From: Guillardia theta CCMP2712
Lineage: Eukaryota > Protista > Cryptophyta
Assembly: GCF_000315625.1 (NCBI RefSeq)
Contig: NW_005434482.1
Span: 22,338 to 86,337, forward strand
Length of the DNA stretch: 64,000 nucleotides
Direction: 5' to 3'
The translations under genes and the position numbers were made by a program. The notes under the pieces are model-generated. The model had not been told where the DNA came from. It was given only the letters and a program-made list of their open reading frames with translations, and made no database searches. The stretch's first letter is position 1. Every line of letters starts with the position of its first letter. Shown here piece after piece: positions 38,170-49,401 of this stretch.

Positions 38170-38955
38170 ATGCTGTCACTTATCCAATCCCTCTCGTCCC
38201 TTCCAGCACATCTTCTCTTCCTTATGATTCTATCTGCTTCTTGTCTCGTGCTTCTCTCCGTCATGCTCCTCCTCTTGCTCTCTCGATGTTCTGAAATCCG
38301 AGTTCTTGAAACCAAGGAAAAGGAGCTCGAGAAGCATTTCAATTTTGTGGATAACCTGTGCTCACAAGTGAATGAGCAAGATCTCCAAGCGATGAAACTA
38401 TTAGTGGATGATCTCTGCAAACAGACAACGACTGATGCCATCCAATGCGCCATCGCACGATTGGAGAGCTGCTGCTCGTCCGAAGGGTCGCACAATCTAC
38501 GTAGGTGTTACTCGACGCCTTGGCCAAAGGAGCAATTCCTGTCGTCAAACTGCAGAGTGCAGACAAATGCATGCTCTGCATTGCAGCAAACAGACATGCA
38601 CACTCGATCTATCAATGGTGAACTCAGATGCAATTCTTCGCCGACGTTCTGCGAGAGCCCGAGATCGTACGAAGGTCCAGGATGCTCACCGATCAGCCTC
38701 TTAGACCCCACGAACACGAGAGATTACCGTCATTCTGATGTTGGCTGTGGATATTATGCCTATGAGATGGAGAGCAAGAGTGGCTGCGGACGGGTGAGCA
38801 TCAAGAGGAGCAATTCATTCTCAGATGGGACGCAACGAATGAGGGGCCCTTCGGGTCGCAGAGGATCAAAGTTTTCTAGCGGATCCAAGTTCTACGCTCG
38901 AATCATTGCTAACAGGGCGGCGTTTGATCACAAATGCAACTCTTTTTATTTGTGA
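38170..38955 (+). CDS. Orphan membrane-anchored protein, paralogue 1 (intronless)
   Basis: 261-aa ORF; N-terminal hydrophobic helix, short coiled coil, C-terminal SSGSKFYARIIA. Confidence 0.7.
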   Translation: MLSLIQSLSSLPAHLLFLMILSASCLVLLSVMLLLLLSRCSEIRVLETKEKELEKHFNFVDNLCSQVNEQDLQAMKLLVDDLCKQTTTDAIQCAIARLESCCSSEGSHNLRRCYSTPWPKEQFLSSNCRVQTNACSALQQTDMHTRSINGELRCNSSPTFCESPRSYEGPGCSPISLLDPTNTRDYRHSDVGCGYYAYEMESKSGCGRVSIKRSNSFSDGTQRMRGPSGRRGSKFSSGSKFYARIIANRAAFDHKCNSFYL

Positions 38956-40194
38956 ATTACTGTACATCTTGCATGTGAATATTTTGTCTGGCTGCCGTTC
39001 TGTAATGAAACTTGAAAAAAGCAAGCATAGACATCAGCCACATGAGTAGGCTCATTTGACTGAGCGATTCCTGCTGCAGACATGATCGAACTTGAATGCA
39101 GGAATACTGTCACTCGCGTCAGTAACACCATTGACCGTACATTCCTGATCGGAACTGTGACTGAGCCAAGTCAGGCCCAACCCTCACTCAGTCACTGCCG
39201 GCCCTCAACTTCTCTCATGAGTACTACGGTAGTACCCTACCCTCCAATGCTCTGAGAATCTATTGACTTAATAACGGGTTTGTAAAAGTCAACTTCGAGG
39301 GAACCAGACAACTTTGCTCACCCACCCCCGATATCTCAGCGTATGACCCACCCATTTGTAGTCTCTGAGCACCCCACTTCGCCTCACCACCCTACACTTT
39401 CTCCAGTCTAACCCCCCAAAGTTTCTGAAAACGTGGCCCTGCAAGTGCACCCGGCGTCTGCACGCACCTCTCCCCTCTCCTCACGCAGATTTACCCTCTC
39501 CTCACTCGCTCTCTCTCAACCACCCTTTTGCTCTGTCTGTCTATCTCTCTGTCTCACTGTCTCTGTCTCTTCTGTCTCTCTGTCTCTCTGTCCCTTCTGT
39601 CTCCCCCCCCCCCCCCTAGGGGGGGGGTGAAGAATTTGAACAAGCTCTAGCAAGGCTCCGTCGTGGAGACTGTGCGGGTTCCCTTGACGATCTTGCTTGA
39701 GCTGCTTCTACTTCTTGATCTTGAGGTGACATTCTTGCCGCTTTCCCATGCGATCTCAGTTCCGTCAACCTTCTCACGGAGAGGAGTCGGCTGACGAGTC
39801 GGCAAAGAATTAGGTCTTTGTAAGGACTTCGGTGGTGAAAACTCGTCTTGTGGAAGGAGAACTTGAGGTAAAAACCGATTTCTACTCCTCACGGAGAGTC
39901 TGCGCATGATATCAGAAAGAACTTGAAAACACTTCGACCTGTCGGGAAGTTGCTTCCGATGATTGCACAGTCTTCATAGCCTCCATCAGAAACAGGAATT
40001 CAGTGCAATCGACTTCTTNNNNNNNNNNNNNNNNNNNNNNNNNNNNNNNNNNNNNNNNNNNNNNNNNNNNNNNNNNNNNNNNNNNNNNNNNNNNNNNNNN
40101 NNNNNNNNNNNNNNNNNNAGCCATGCGGCGTAGTTTTGAACATGGAGGGGATCAGCTACATCCGCTCTCTCTCTCTCTCTCTCTCCTTTTGCTT

Positions 40195-40225
<31 letters not shown>

Positions 40226-40463
40226 TCTTCTCTCTACGATCCTCTCTCCTTTGCAACAGCCCTCGCTTCTTTCTGTGCACACGCTGTTAAGTCAAGTTAT
40301 CCGGGGATCGTCCATGCATACCAGCAAGATAATGAACAGTAGATTTGCTTGTTCCTGATCTCGCGGAGGGTTGGTACAGACATTGCAGACACTGCGGATT
40401 TCTTCTTGATTCTGTCATCAGGTTGGAAAGAAAACATTCTCAGCTATCTCGATCCTCCGTGAC

Positions 40464-41321
40464 ATGCTTTCTCTGTCTGAATTCTGCACTTCGCTTCTCC
40501 TGACGAGGTCGACAGCCATCCACCAGAGTTCCTGCACGACAAACCTATACATCCTTACTGTTCTTCCTCTCCTACTCTTCCTTTGTCTGTTGGGCCTGCT
40601 GAGGTTCTTTCAGTGTCTTCTTCGTCTCCGCGAGCAAGAGCGCAAGTTGAACGAGAAGATAGACATGCTGGTCTCTCACATGGCACAGAAACGTTTCCAA
40701 ACTCGTTGTGATGAGTGTGCTGAGCAAGGGGATGTGACGTCGAACAAGACCCAGTCAACGGAAGGAGCTCCTGTTTTCTTCGTTCGAGCAGAGTCCTTCC
40801 CTTGTGGTCAAACTTGCAGCCACGACAAGGGCGAGCATGTGTTTTGGGGGAGAGGAGAGTGCTCTGATGGCAACGACCACAATACCTTAGCATCCAGCTT
40901 GTTTTCGCGGTCACAGAGCTGCGTTCCAACTCGAAGGATGCCTGCCCCCATCAAGGTGAGGAGCGAGAACGAGCAAGGAATGTTCGTTCGCTGTGAAAGC
41001 ACGAGCACCAGGGCGTCACACTGGACAACAGCATCCTCCCGCGCTCTCTCCCCTGTCGACGGAACAAACGGGCAAGAGGCCGGGCAAGAGCCTCTCTTGC
41101 AGCCTCTCTACGCAGAAAGTTCACCTGCGGAGTCCCCGATCAAGAACCCTAACCGCATGTCTCCTTGCGCAGACGTCCCCGGCTTCTCTCGGACAGCATC
41201 GACTCACGACCAGTCGAGGAGAAGGAAGAGTGTGGGGCAGGTGGATAAGACTGGAAAGGCTTCGAGCGGTGCTCGATTTTATGCAAAGGTTGTGGCGGGG
41301 AGGTCTCCGACAGTGGATTGA
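40464..41321 (+). CDS. Orphan membrane-anchored protein, paralogue 2 (intronless)
   Basis: 285-aa ORF; same layout; C-terminal SSGARFYAKVVA. Confidence 0.7.
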   Translation: MLSLSEFCTSLLLTRSTAIHQSSCTTNLYILTVLPLLLFLCLLGLLRFFQCLLRLREQERKLNEKIDMLVSHMAQKRFQTRCDECAEQGDVTSNKTQSTEGAPVFFVRAESFPCGQTCSHDKGEHVFWGRGECSDGNDHNTLASSLFSRSQSCVPTRRMPAPIKVRSENEQGMFVRCESTSTRASHWTTASSRALSPVDGTNGQEAGQEPLLQPLYAESSPAESPIKNPNRMSPCADVPGFSRTASTHDQSRRRKSVGQVDKTGKASSGARFYAKVVAGRSPTVD

Positions 41322-41329
41322 GACGGTGC

Positions 41330-42320
41330 CAAGTCACACGGTTCGGAACTTGCACTGAAACTCAGGCGTCGGCCGTGAGTACGGTCAGTCTGTGGTGGCA
41401 CCCAGCTAGCCTGGTCCGAGGCTTCACAGCCACTGCCGGCTAGCGGCTCCTAAATTGCCTTTTGATCTGGCTTGCATTGAACTCCTCAGTTGAACTGTCA
41501 CGATACTGCCAGTTCAAGTGCCTATCAAAACTGATGAGTCCGATGAGCCTTTAAGCTGGCACCGTCGAGTTCACAGAGCCTACTACTAGTAGTCCGAGTC
41601 ACAGACTGAGACTCCGGGCCCGGTAACGCTGGCCGGGCGTGAGCCTCTGAGCCCGGCACGGCAACTACGGTAGCCGCAACGGCCGCAGAGGAAGATCATG
41701 ACTCAGTGATTAGGCCGAAGATGCGCTCAGTGGCTGGCACGGCAGTCGCCGCGAGTCGGATCGGACGTCACTGGGATGATAACGCGCGGATCATGACTCA
41801 CTGATTGAATCATCCCGGCGTCCGGTCGTCTACTATCAACTACTAAATCAATCATGATGTGAAGCGGCGCCGTCACTGACCGGCGGGGGGCCCCAATCCG
41901 CTCCGGCGCCGGACCTCCAACGCCCGGACCGTGCGGCGGACGCCGCCCCCCCCCCGGCGTGGCCCACGGTGGCAGGGCCGGCTGACGGGGCCGCCCGCTG
42001 CCACTAAGACTCTCCGGACCCGGTGACGCCGTACTTCGCTGTACGGTACGCCGGTCACGTCCGATCATGGCATCCTGAGTCGAACCATTACTGAGTTACC
42101 GCCGCCGCTTAACCTTGCGTAACTTGAACTTGGCAGTTACAGTTAGTACTGCCGATCATCGGCGAATCATCTCGATCGCCGGGGTCCGATAGTCATCCAG
42201 GGCCATCATCCGGATGGGGCCGGGCCCGGGGGGCCGCTGTCACTCTGTATTGTGACGGAGGCTCAGTGGTGGCAGATGGGGGGCCGTGATGACTGGGGGC
42301 TGTGTCGACGGCTGAGGGGG
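41330..42320. other. GC-rich palindrome-dense intergenic island (longest)
   Basis: actactagtagt (41582-41593), ccgggcccgg, gctaccg/cggtagc-type words, ggggccgggcccgggggg. Confidence 0.75.
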
Positions 42321-43243
42321 GCCCGTTTCAAAGATTCCGAGTTTCACCTTTTTCAGCGGATGACATGATTACAAGAGCCGCAAAACTCCTTTTATGACCC
42401 GAATTTATACCATGGCGGGTGGGTCCACAGATGGGGAAGGAGGGGTAGGGGTCATTGGGACCTAGCATCCCATACAGCCTTCGAGACTTCCTGAGATTTG
42501 AGGGGCCATAACCTTTTGTAACAAGGAGGGGTACTACAGAGTGGTCTTTAGGGGGTAGTGGTACTGCCCTGATGACTACGCTACAGAAAGAGTGATACCT
42601 GGAACTCAAGTCGTTTGAGATCTAAAGTATCCTTGCTGACATCCGTACTTCTCGAAATGGGGATCAAACGAACTCAGTACCCCCATTTTGATATTGTTAT
42701 GAAGGGGTTGTCTTGTCGTGTAGTAATTATGTCACATGGAAAGATATCATTCGATTTGAACAATATTAAAGGATCTTGTCAACATTTCAACATAGAACCT
42801 ATGATTTCATTGGATATGTTTCTCCCTCGGATTGGATTGTGTCCCCGTGCAGATCGGAAATACCAAACGTTGTACATTCTGAACCTTTCGAATCTTTGGC
42901 ATCAAACACCCTACCCTATGTCAACATTCTACCCTACCCTCACAAAATCAAACTCCTGATATGATTCTACCCTACCCTTACAGCCAATCAGAGTAATCCG
43001 CGGATCACAATGGGGTAGTGTGGGGGAGTTATTCCCCGTCGATGACTATTTCTGCTCCCTGCGCGCGGCTGAAGGGATCGAGCAACAAGACTTGGTTCTT
43101 CCTCTTACGCCATTTAGCAGCCTTCCTGCTTCCTCCTCCTCTCCTTGACCTACAACTCCTCAGTTCATCACAGCTTCTCTGGCAACTCTACCTGTCTACC
43201 TCTGCTAGATTGCTCCTGCTCTCTTCTTTGGGCTGCAAAGACA

Positions 43244-44701
43244 ATGACTGTGGAGGTTCAACGTCATGCCGCCTCCTTCTCGATGGGAAAATCACCGATG
43301 CCGCGTGTACCCAGCATGCCCAGGAACCACTCATGTGAATTCGATCAATCTCCTCCCAATCTTTCTCGTGTACGTCGTGGATCGGCCCCGAACTTGACTA
43401 GCACGTCAACTTCTGGAAGCGTGTCGCCTTTAAGCACAAGCAAATCAGCGATATCGCCCTCTTCTTCGCTCTCGTCTCCTACGCTCTCTTCGGATTCTCA
43501 CAAGTCACTACTCAAGATGGACTCGAGTGGTGAGGAAAGGAGAGGTCGTCGTGCCTCAGTTCACTTTGAGACGGATGCCAATCCTCCTGCCGATCTTCAG
43601 CATCAGACCCCAGAAAAGGCCTGCCGCTTCTCGTTCAACAACGAGCGTGAGAAATGGTGCAAGTCATCCTGCAAGGTTCACTTCAATGAAACTCCACTGT
43701 CAACTACTCAAAAGAGCGCCACCTACAAGATGGTAGATGCCTTGACCGGCGAAGAGAAGATCTGCACTCTTTTTCCTCCAAACACTCCCGAGGAAACTTA
43801 CTTTGATGATGCCATGATCCAGCATCTTGCTCAAGAGTATGCCTTGTTGTTCAACGAGATTTCAGAGTATCCCGTCAAGTTTGTGCCCAAGGACGTGTAC
43901 AAGCTGTCTGAAAGGCAAAACTTTCTGGTGAGCGTCCACCCCAAGCTCTGTGGCGAGTTTGCGCCCAACGAGGAGATGGTGCTGACAGAGGCGGAGCAAG
44001 ACATCATGGAAGCCTTCTCGCACTTCAGCTGGGAGGCGTCCCACGGCAACCTTGTCATCACCTCAATGAGCGGCTATGGCGGAGTCTACACCAGCGCCAG
44101 GATTCACAGTGTAGAGCAGCAGTGGCTCAAAGATCGAGGCACTGAGGGCATTGTTCGCTTCTTCAAGAAGCACACTTGCAATCAATATTGCAAGATGCAC
44201 AAGTTTCGTCCCTTCAAGATGCCGGAGCAGTTCAAGGAGGCTCCTGCCCCGGTTGTTGCAGAGAGGAAGGCTGAATCCGTCAAGCCGCCCCCCCTTGCTC
44301 CTGAGGAGAAGAGCAAGGCAGAAGCTCCGAGGCACATGAGCAGCTGGATCGAAAAGATGGATCAGCCCCCGCCACTGATCGAGCAGGGGGCTGACAAGAG
44401 CCCCGTCAATACGAGTAGCAGGCCAGTCAAGGTGCCCCTCATTCCCGACAGCCCTGAAACGCACGCGCTCAAGACCGACTCGACCTTGCAGGACCTCAAC
44501 AGCCTCACCAAAGGGATGCGCAACCAGCTAGGGGTGAAACCTCCCAAGATGCAGCAGGAGCAGCCAGGCAGCAAGTCGCCCAAATACTCAGGCCTGCTCG
44601 TGTCTAAGGGAGTACCTGGAGGAGTGTTGAAGATCACCAAAGCGGGGATGAAGAGCATGGACAGGGAGAGGAAGCACAGTCCTCTTCGGAGGCAGATCTA
44701 G
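43244..44701 (+). CDS. Alpha-kinase (eEF2K/MHCK-type) domain protein, probably a pseudokinase; intronless
   Basis: AQEYALLFN, EAFSHFSWEASHGNLVI, RIHS, GTEGIVRFFKKHTCNQYC; first ATG at 43244. Confidence 0.85.
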   Translation: MTVEVQRHAASFSMGKSPMPRVPSMPRNHSCEFDQSPPNLSRVRRGSAPNLTSTSTSGSVSPLSTSKSAISPSSSLSSPTLSSDSHKSLLKMDSSGEERRGRRASVHFETDANPPADLQHQTPEKACRFSFNNEREKWCKSSCKVHFNETPLSTTQKSATYKMVDALTGEEKICTLFPPNTPEETYFDDAMIQHLAQEYALLFNEISEYPVKFVPKDVYKLSERQNFLVSVHPKLCGEFAPNEEMVLTEAEQDIMEAFSHFSWEASHGNLVITSMSGYGGVYTSARIHSVEQQWLKDRGTEGIVRFFKKHTCNQYCKMHKFRPFKMPEQFKEAPAPVVAERKAESVKPPPLAPEEKSKAEAPRHMSSWIEKMDQPPPLIEQGADKSPVNTSSRPVKVPLIPDSPETHALKTDSTLQDLNSLTKGMRNQLGVKPPKMQQEQPGSKSPKYSGLLVSKGVPGGVLKITKAGMKSMDRERKHSPLRRQI

Positions 44702-44814
44702 AAGTTTAACTGTAGATTACGTGGTAATGTACATGTACATTTTGAATTGTGGCTACTCTCCCCGCATCCAAAAGCACATCATTCGTGCATCTTCGTATAC
44801 CTCATGATCAAGCC

Positions 44815-46233
44815 TTACCCTTCAGCTTCAGTGAATTTGTTGGTCCTGTCAGGGACGAACTGGAGTTGGTTGGAGACCATGGCCGTGAAGGCTTGAAGGA
44901 GGACAGAAGAGAGGCAGGGCTGCTCTGGCTCTTGCCGTTCAAGAAAGGGCAGGCAGTGTGCGATGCTCTCGAGGGTGGAGAGGTAGTTGTGCTTGGGTTC
45001 CTTGCGAAAGATATACTTGCCTGTTAACCCTCCAGCAAACTGTAAAATGAAAGATGTCAAAAATTTCTGACTCACTTCATATATCGCCCTCGCTCTCCAT
45101 TTCCCTCACTCGTCTTGCATTCCTCCTCTTTTCTCCATTCCCACTCTCCTGGCTCCAAATTTTTTTTGCTGCTACTTTCGTTGCTACTACACCATCTTCA
45201 CAAGCCCACAGCTCACCTGTACTCTCCTAAATCCGTGAAGGAAGGAGCAGCTTCGGTACATCGATTTAGCCTGCGCCCAAGTCCCATCGATGACAACAAG
45301 GTGCTTGACATGCCTAAGAACATCCTCCTCGTCTGCATTAGCCTGAGACTCTTTCAGCCCCAAGTTGATCGCCCCCTTGTCTCTCAGCTCTGGATGTTTC
45401 AGCAGGAAGATATCGTCTTCCTCCAAATCCGGGAACAGAACGACAGTGTTTTTGGTGTTCAGATCGTAGCTGAGCTTGAGCTGGGCCTCGAAGTTCAGAG
45501 CGATGGCATGATACACAAGCTTCTCTCGCGCTAGGCTCAGGCTTCTGGAGCCTCCTCCATGCGGCATCGTGAAGTTTCCCTGCAGAACGTGGACGTTCTT
45601 CAAGCAGAGCTGCACGATGGGAACAGTGCCGTAGGTTTTCTTCTTCCTCTCCTTTGGGTGCTGCAAGATCATAATCTTCAACTTTGACTCAATCGGCTCC
45701 TCTGGCAACGACGAACATATGCAGACTCGAGCGGGTCGCAGGCAGCGGTGGCAGAGACGCGCATCTGCTCCTCGACACCTCACGGTCAACGGTTGCTTGA
45801 CCTGGTTCAAGTTGACGTCCAGGGACATGGTGGTGCCTGAGGCAAGAGCGTGAGCTTCAGGAGCCTGCATCTCTCTCTCACCAAGATCGGGCTGAAAGCA
45901 GACCATGGGGCCTCGCACGCCCCCCAGGCGCCTCGAGCTACATGGCAGCTTGCAGGCTGCCAGTCTTTCATGCTCGTGCACAGTGCAGCGGTGGAGGAAA
46001 GCGAGGGAGTTCGCCTCATAGTATGTTGCAAGTGAGGTACGAAGAACAATTGCGAGGAAGAGAAATGAGAAAAGAAGCCGAAAGGAGAAAGAGCAAGACA
46101 GGAAACGTCTGGACATGACACGAGACCAAACCAAGAAACAGAATTCACATTCGTGGTTGACCGTTCCTGGAACCTTGAAACCAAAAAATCTTCCATCAAC
46201 AACCATGAAACCATGAAAATCGATGGTACGCAT
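44815..46233 (-). CDS. DTW-domain tRNA-uridine aminocarboxypropyltransferase (DTWD2/TapT-like); start uncertain
   Basis: CHRCLRPARVCIC, ILQHPKE, LVVIDGTWAQAKSMY; last exon YIFRKEPKHNYLSTLESIA. Confidence 0.9.
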
Positions 46234-46464
46234 TGGCGCCTTATCATAGTCATAATATCCCTTTCCTTCAGTTGGGCTGCAGTATTCGTTGTCTTTGTGC
46301 TTGACTTCTAATCTACAATTTCAACGTAATCGAATCCTAATTCATCTGTCCACCTTAGCTTGCTCTGTCTAACCTGATATCCATCACAGACATCTACCTC
46401 ATCTACCTCATCTACCTCGTCTACTCCTTGAACAATAAACTTCCTGGCCAATAACGCTCCTCCC

Positions 46465-46472
46465 TCTCTGTC

Positions 46473-46561
<89 letters not shown>

Positions 46562-46661
46562 NNNNNNNNNNNNNNNNNNNNNNNNNNNNNNNNNNNNNNN
46601 NNNNNNNNNNNNNNNNNNNNNNNNNNNNNNNNNNNNNNNNNNNNNNNNNNNNNNNNNNNNN

Positions 46662-46722
<61 letters not shown>
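46465..46722. repeat. (CTGT)n and (CT)n microsatellites around the gap 46562-46661
   Basis: Directly visible. Confidence 0.95.
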
Positions 46723-46724
<2 letters not shown>

Positions 46725-47612
46725 GTTTCACGTGATCTCATACCCGACCATCTCTACCACATCCCTCGGCCTTCATTGCGCCCCTTGCGGTTCGCATGTT
46801 TCCATTTTTAGGTGCCTTTCATTGTGGTCCAAGTTTGACATGCCGACAGCTCTAAATTTGAACAATAAAGAATATGTTTCAAATCCAATGGAGACCCAGG
46901 ATCACCGGGCGCAACTCAGTTATCAAGATGAAGGAGACAGCGAAAGTGGGAGAAGGCGATATGAGAGAACCCTGAGAGAGAAGAAAAGGAGGGGTAGCGA
47001 CTTGAAGAGAGAGGAGAGCGAAACGAGGGGGAGAAGAAGGAGGAGTGTTGGACCTTCAGCAAGGCTGTTGTGGAAAGAGTTGAAGAGGAACATGGATTTT
47101 CATGGTCTATGATTACTCGGGAACGCAGTCCAGCAGCGCTAGAGGATCAAAAAGCTTTCTTGTTGAATTTTGCGTTGACGTCATGCTTGCAGTAAGGTAA
47201 TTATTGAAGACATCATTTCAAGTCGGACATCATCATGATTCAACGTATGGCAATGCTCGGAAGCTTTGGTTGTGGTGCTCTAGCAAGTTTTGCGGCAACC
47301 TACGCCAGCAAGCCCAAGTTGTCGTATATCAAGGTGGAGGTTTTCCTGCTCTGCATGCGTTTAGGTTGATCGGAAGGTTTGTGCAGGAGGAATCGCAAAG
47401 CAATTCCTGTCAAGTGGAGCAGGAGGCTTCGAAGATAATACAAGTGAGCTTCGACTTGTTGTAAACATCTTTTGGCTCATGGAGGGAGGAAGGTTGCCGT
47501 TCAAGTGATCAAGAACGTCAATGCCTGTGTTTTCTGCACCAACTCAGCTGAAGGAGCCCCGCGATGCCGGGTCGTCAGCCCGTGAGGCTGTCACTCCGGT
47601 CCCTTCCTCAGC

Positions 47613-48237
47613 TCAGATGCTTCCAGATCTCCACCAGATGACCAGCTGACCTCTATGCGCTTCACGACAGGCTCGCACACTCGCAAGGCAACATATTTCT
47701 TTACCTTCTCCTATTTCACTCCTTATCTTCTGATTCTTGTCTCTCTTCTTCTTGCCCACCCGCTGCTTTTCAGGTTCTTGAGCTGCAACAAGACAGCAGA
47801 GCTTCCATGACTTACTTTGATCCGGAGAACGCAGCATACGTCTTCTTGGCTGGCAGGTTGTCACTCCCTTTTCTTCTTTCCTTCGACTGACATCAAAGTG
47901 ATAATTAGGGTGCAAGTTGTCGGCAAAGAAACGCTCAATCCTGACATGTGAGTGTTAGAATCCCAGTGTTTGTAAATAACTTATCTGGTAGCATCAACCC
48001 CAACTTTATGTTCTCCGGTTTCAAACCTCCGGGAGTAAGGTCTCTGTGATCTTTGACTCTCATGATTTCCCTCGTCAGAAGATGGCTTCGATGCAGTTCG
48101 TCCCTCTCCAAGTTGAGGTCATAAGGTGATTGATCCGATCTGATGTTGACCATGCCTGTTGACCTTCTTGCCCAGTCCTCTCGATGGCATGACCGGCGAT
48201 AAGAAGTCATGGATTCCCCCGGCAGCCTGGCGAGCAT
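47613..48237 (-). CDS. Hypothetical protein (multi-exon, boundaries uncertain)
   Basis: MLARLPGESMTSYRRSCHREDW...LMLPDK followed by a GT donor and further coding-like segments. Confidence 0.4.
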
Positions 48238-48399
48238 CGGACGGGTGGGCGCATGGGAGAAGCTGAAGCTGTCTCCGGCAGTCAGTCGAACGGTTCTGAG
48301 TTTCTTTTCTGCAGGACCTGGAAGAAGACTCAAGTGGACAAGTCAAGTTCAAGTTAGCGCGGCTAGGCAGCCTATTCGCACTGAATTAGCGCAAGTTGT

Positions 48400-48790
48400 A
48401 GTGAACAAGCGTGAGAGTACCGGCGGTCAGCCCCGCGTGCCGTCACTGAGGAACTTCGGCGATAGCCCGGCGCCGATTTTACTGCCTCGTCGAGTCGGAG
48501 TCTCGTAGCCGGGCAGTGCCGCCTGTCAGTGTACGGTCGGCGTCCGGCTCGCGGCACCGCCGCTCAAACTTCAGCGGGACCCTGACCCGGCGGACCGTGG
48601 CACCGTCACAGGGCCGTGCCACCGTGCCGTGCCACCGGCGAACTTGCCGGTACGGCCGGCCCGGCCCGGCCCGGCCAGTCCGACCGTCTAAAACTTTTAC
48701 TCAAAGTTTGAGTAAAAGTTCCGAGTTCAGTAGTGACCGCCCGACCGTTCCGAAGTTCACCGAGAGTCACGTCGTACGGCAAATTGGGCC
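48400..48790. other. GC-rich palindrome-dense intergenic island
   Basis: Perfect 14-bp-arm inverted repeat aacttttactcaaa-g-tttgagtaaaagtt (48692-48720); gccgtacggc; (ccggc)n. Confidence 0.75.
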
Positions 48791-49401
48791 CGGGGAATCC
48801 GATCGTGGGGGGTCGCATCTCCTTTTTTTTAACCGTACCCCTCCTGTTGGTCAATTAACCAGGCAATCATGGTCTACCACCCCACACTCTGATGGGCAAT
48901 AAGTAGGTCATATGCAAAGACACGAAGTGGGGGTGGGGTAACCATTTGTTCCAATGGACATTGGCGTACGCTCTGGTACTGAAGTTTATGATTTGAACGA
49001 CAGATGCTTGGGACAGGCTTGCTCCTCAAAACTTGCCATACTACACTAAAACTATCGACGAAATATCAAATTCTGACTCACTATTTGGAATTTGAAGAGG
49101 AAATCTATCAAGGCTTCCGGATATCAGGAGATACATGAGATAAACGAAACGGTGGGGTGGGGTCAACAAACTCCAAAGGGAAACGGAGGCCGAGAATGGG
49201 TGGGGGTGGTGAGGGTACCCTCCTTTGATAGGACTATCAACCGGTGGGATGGCAACGAGTACACCCAATGCGGCTCGTTTTAAAAGGATGGGTCTGGTAG
49301 GGGTGGTTGAAAGGGTCTTGTGGTAAAGAGGAAAGGGGGTGGGTACGCAAGGAAGCAGCAAGTTTGCATGATACGAGACGGCGAAGTCGGATCGTAGTAA
49401 C

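Noticed and set aside
39647-40290. Possible minus-strand gene or EF-hand fragment (EVDCTEFLFLME)
   Set aside because: Interrupted by an N-gap and too short to support
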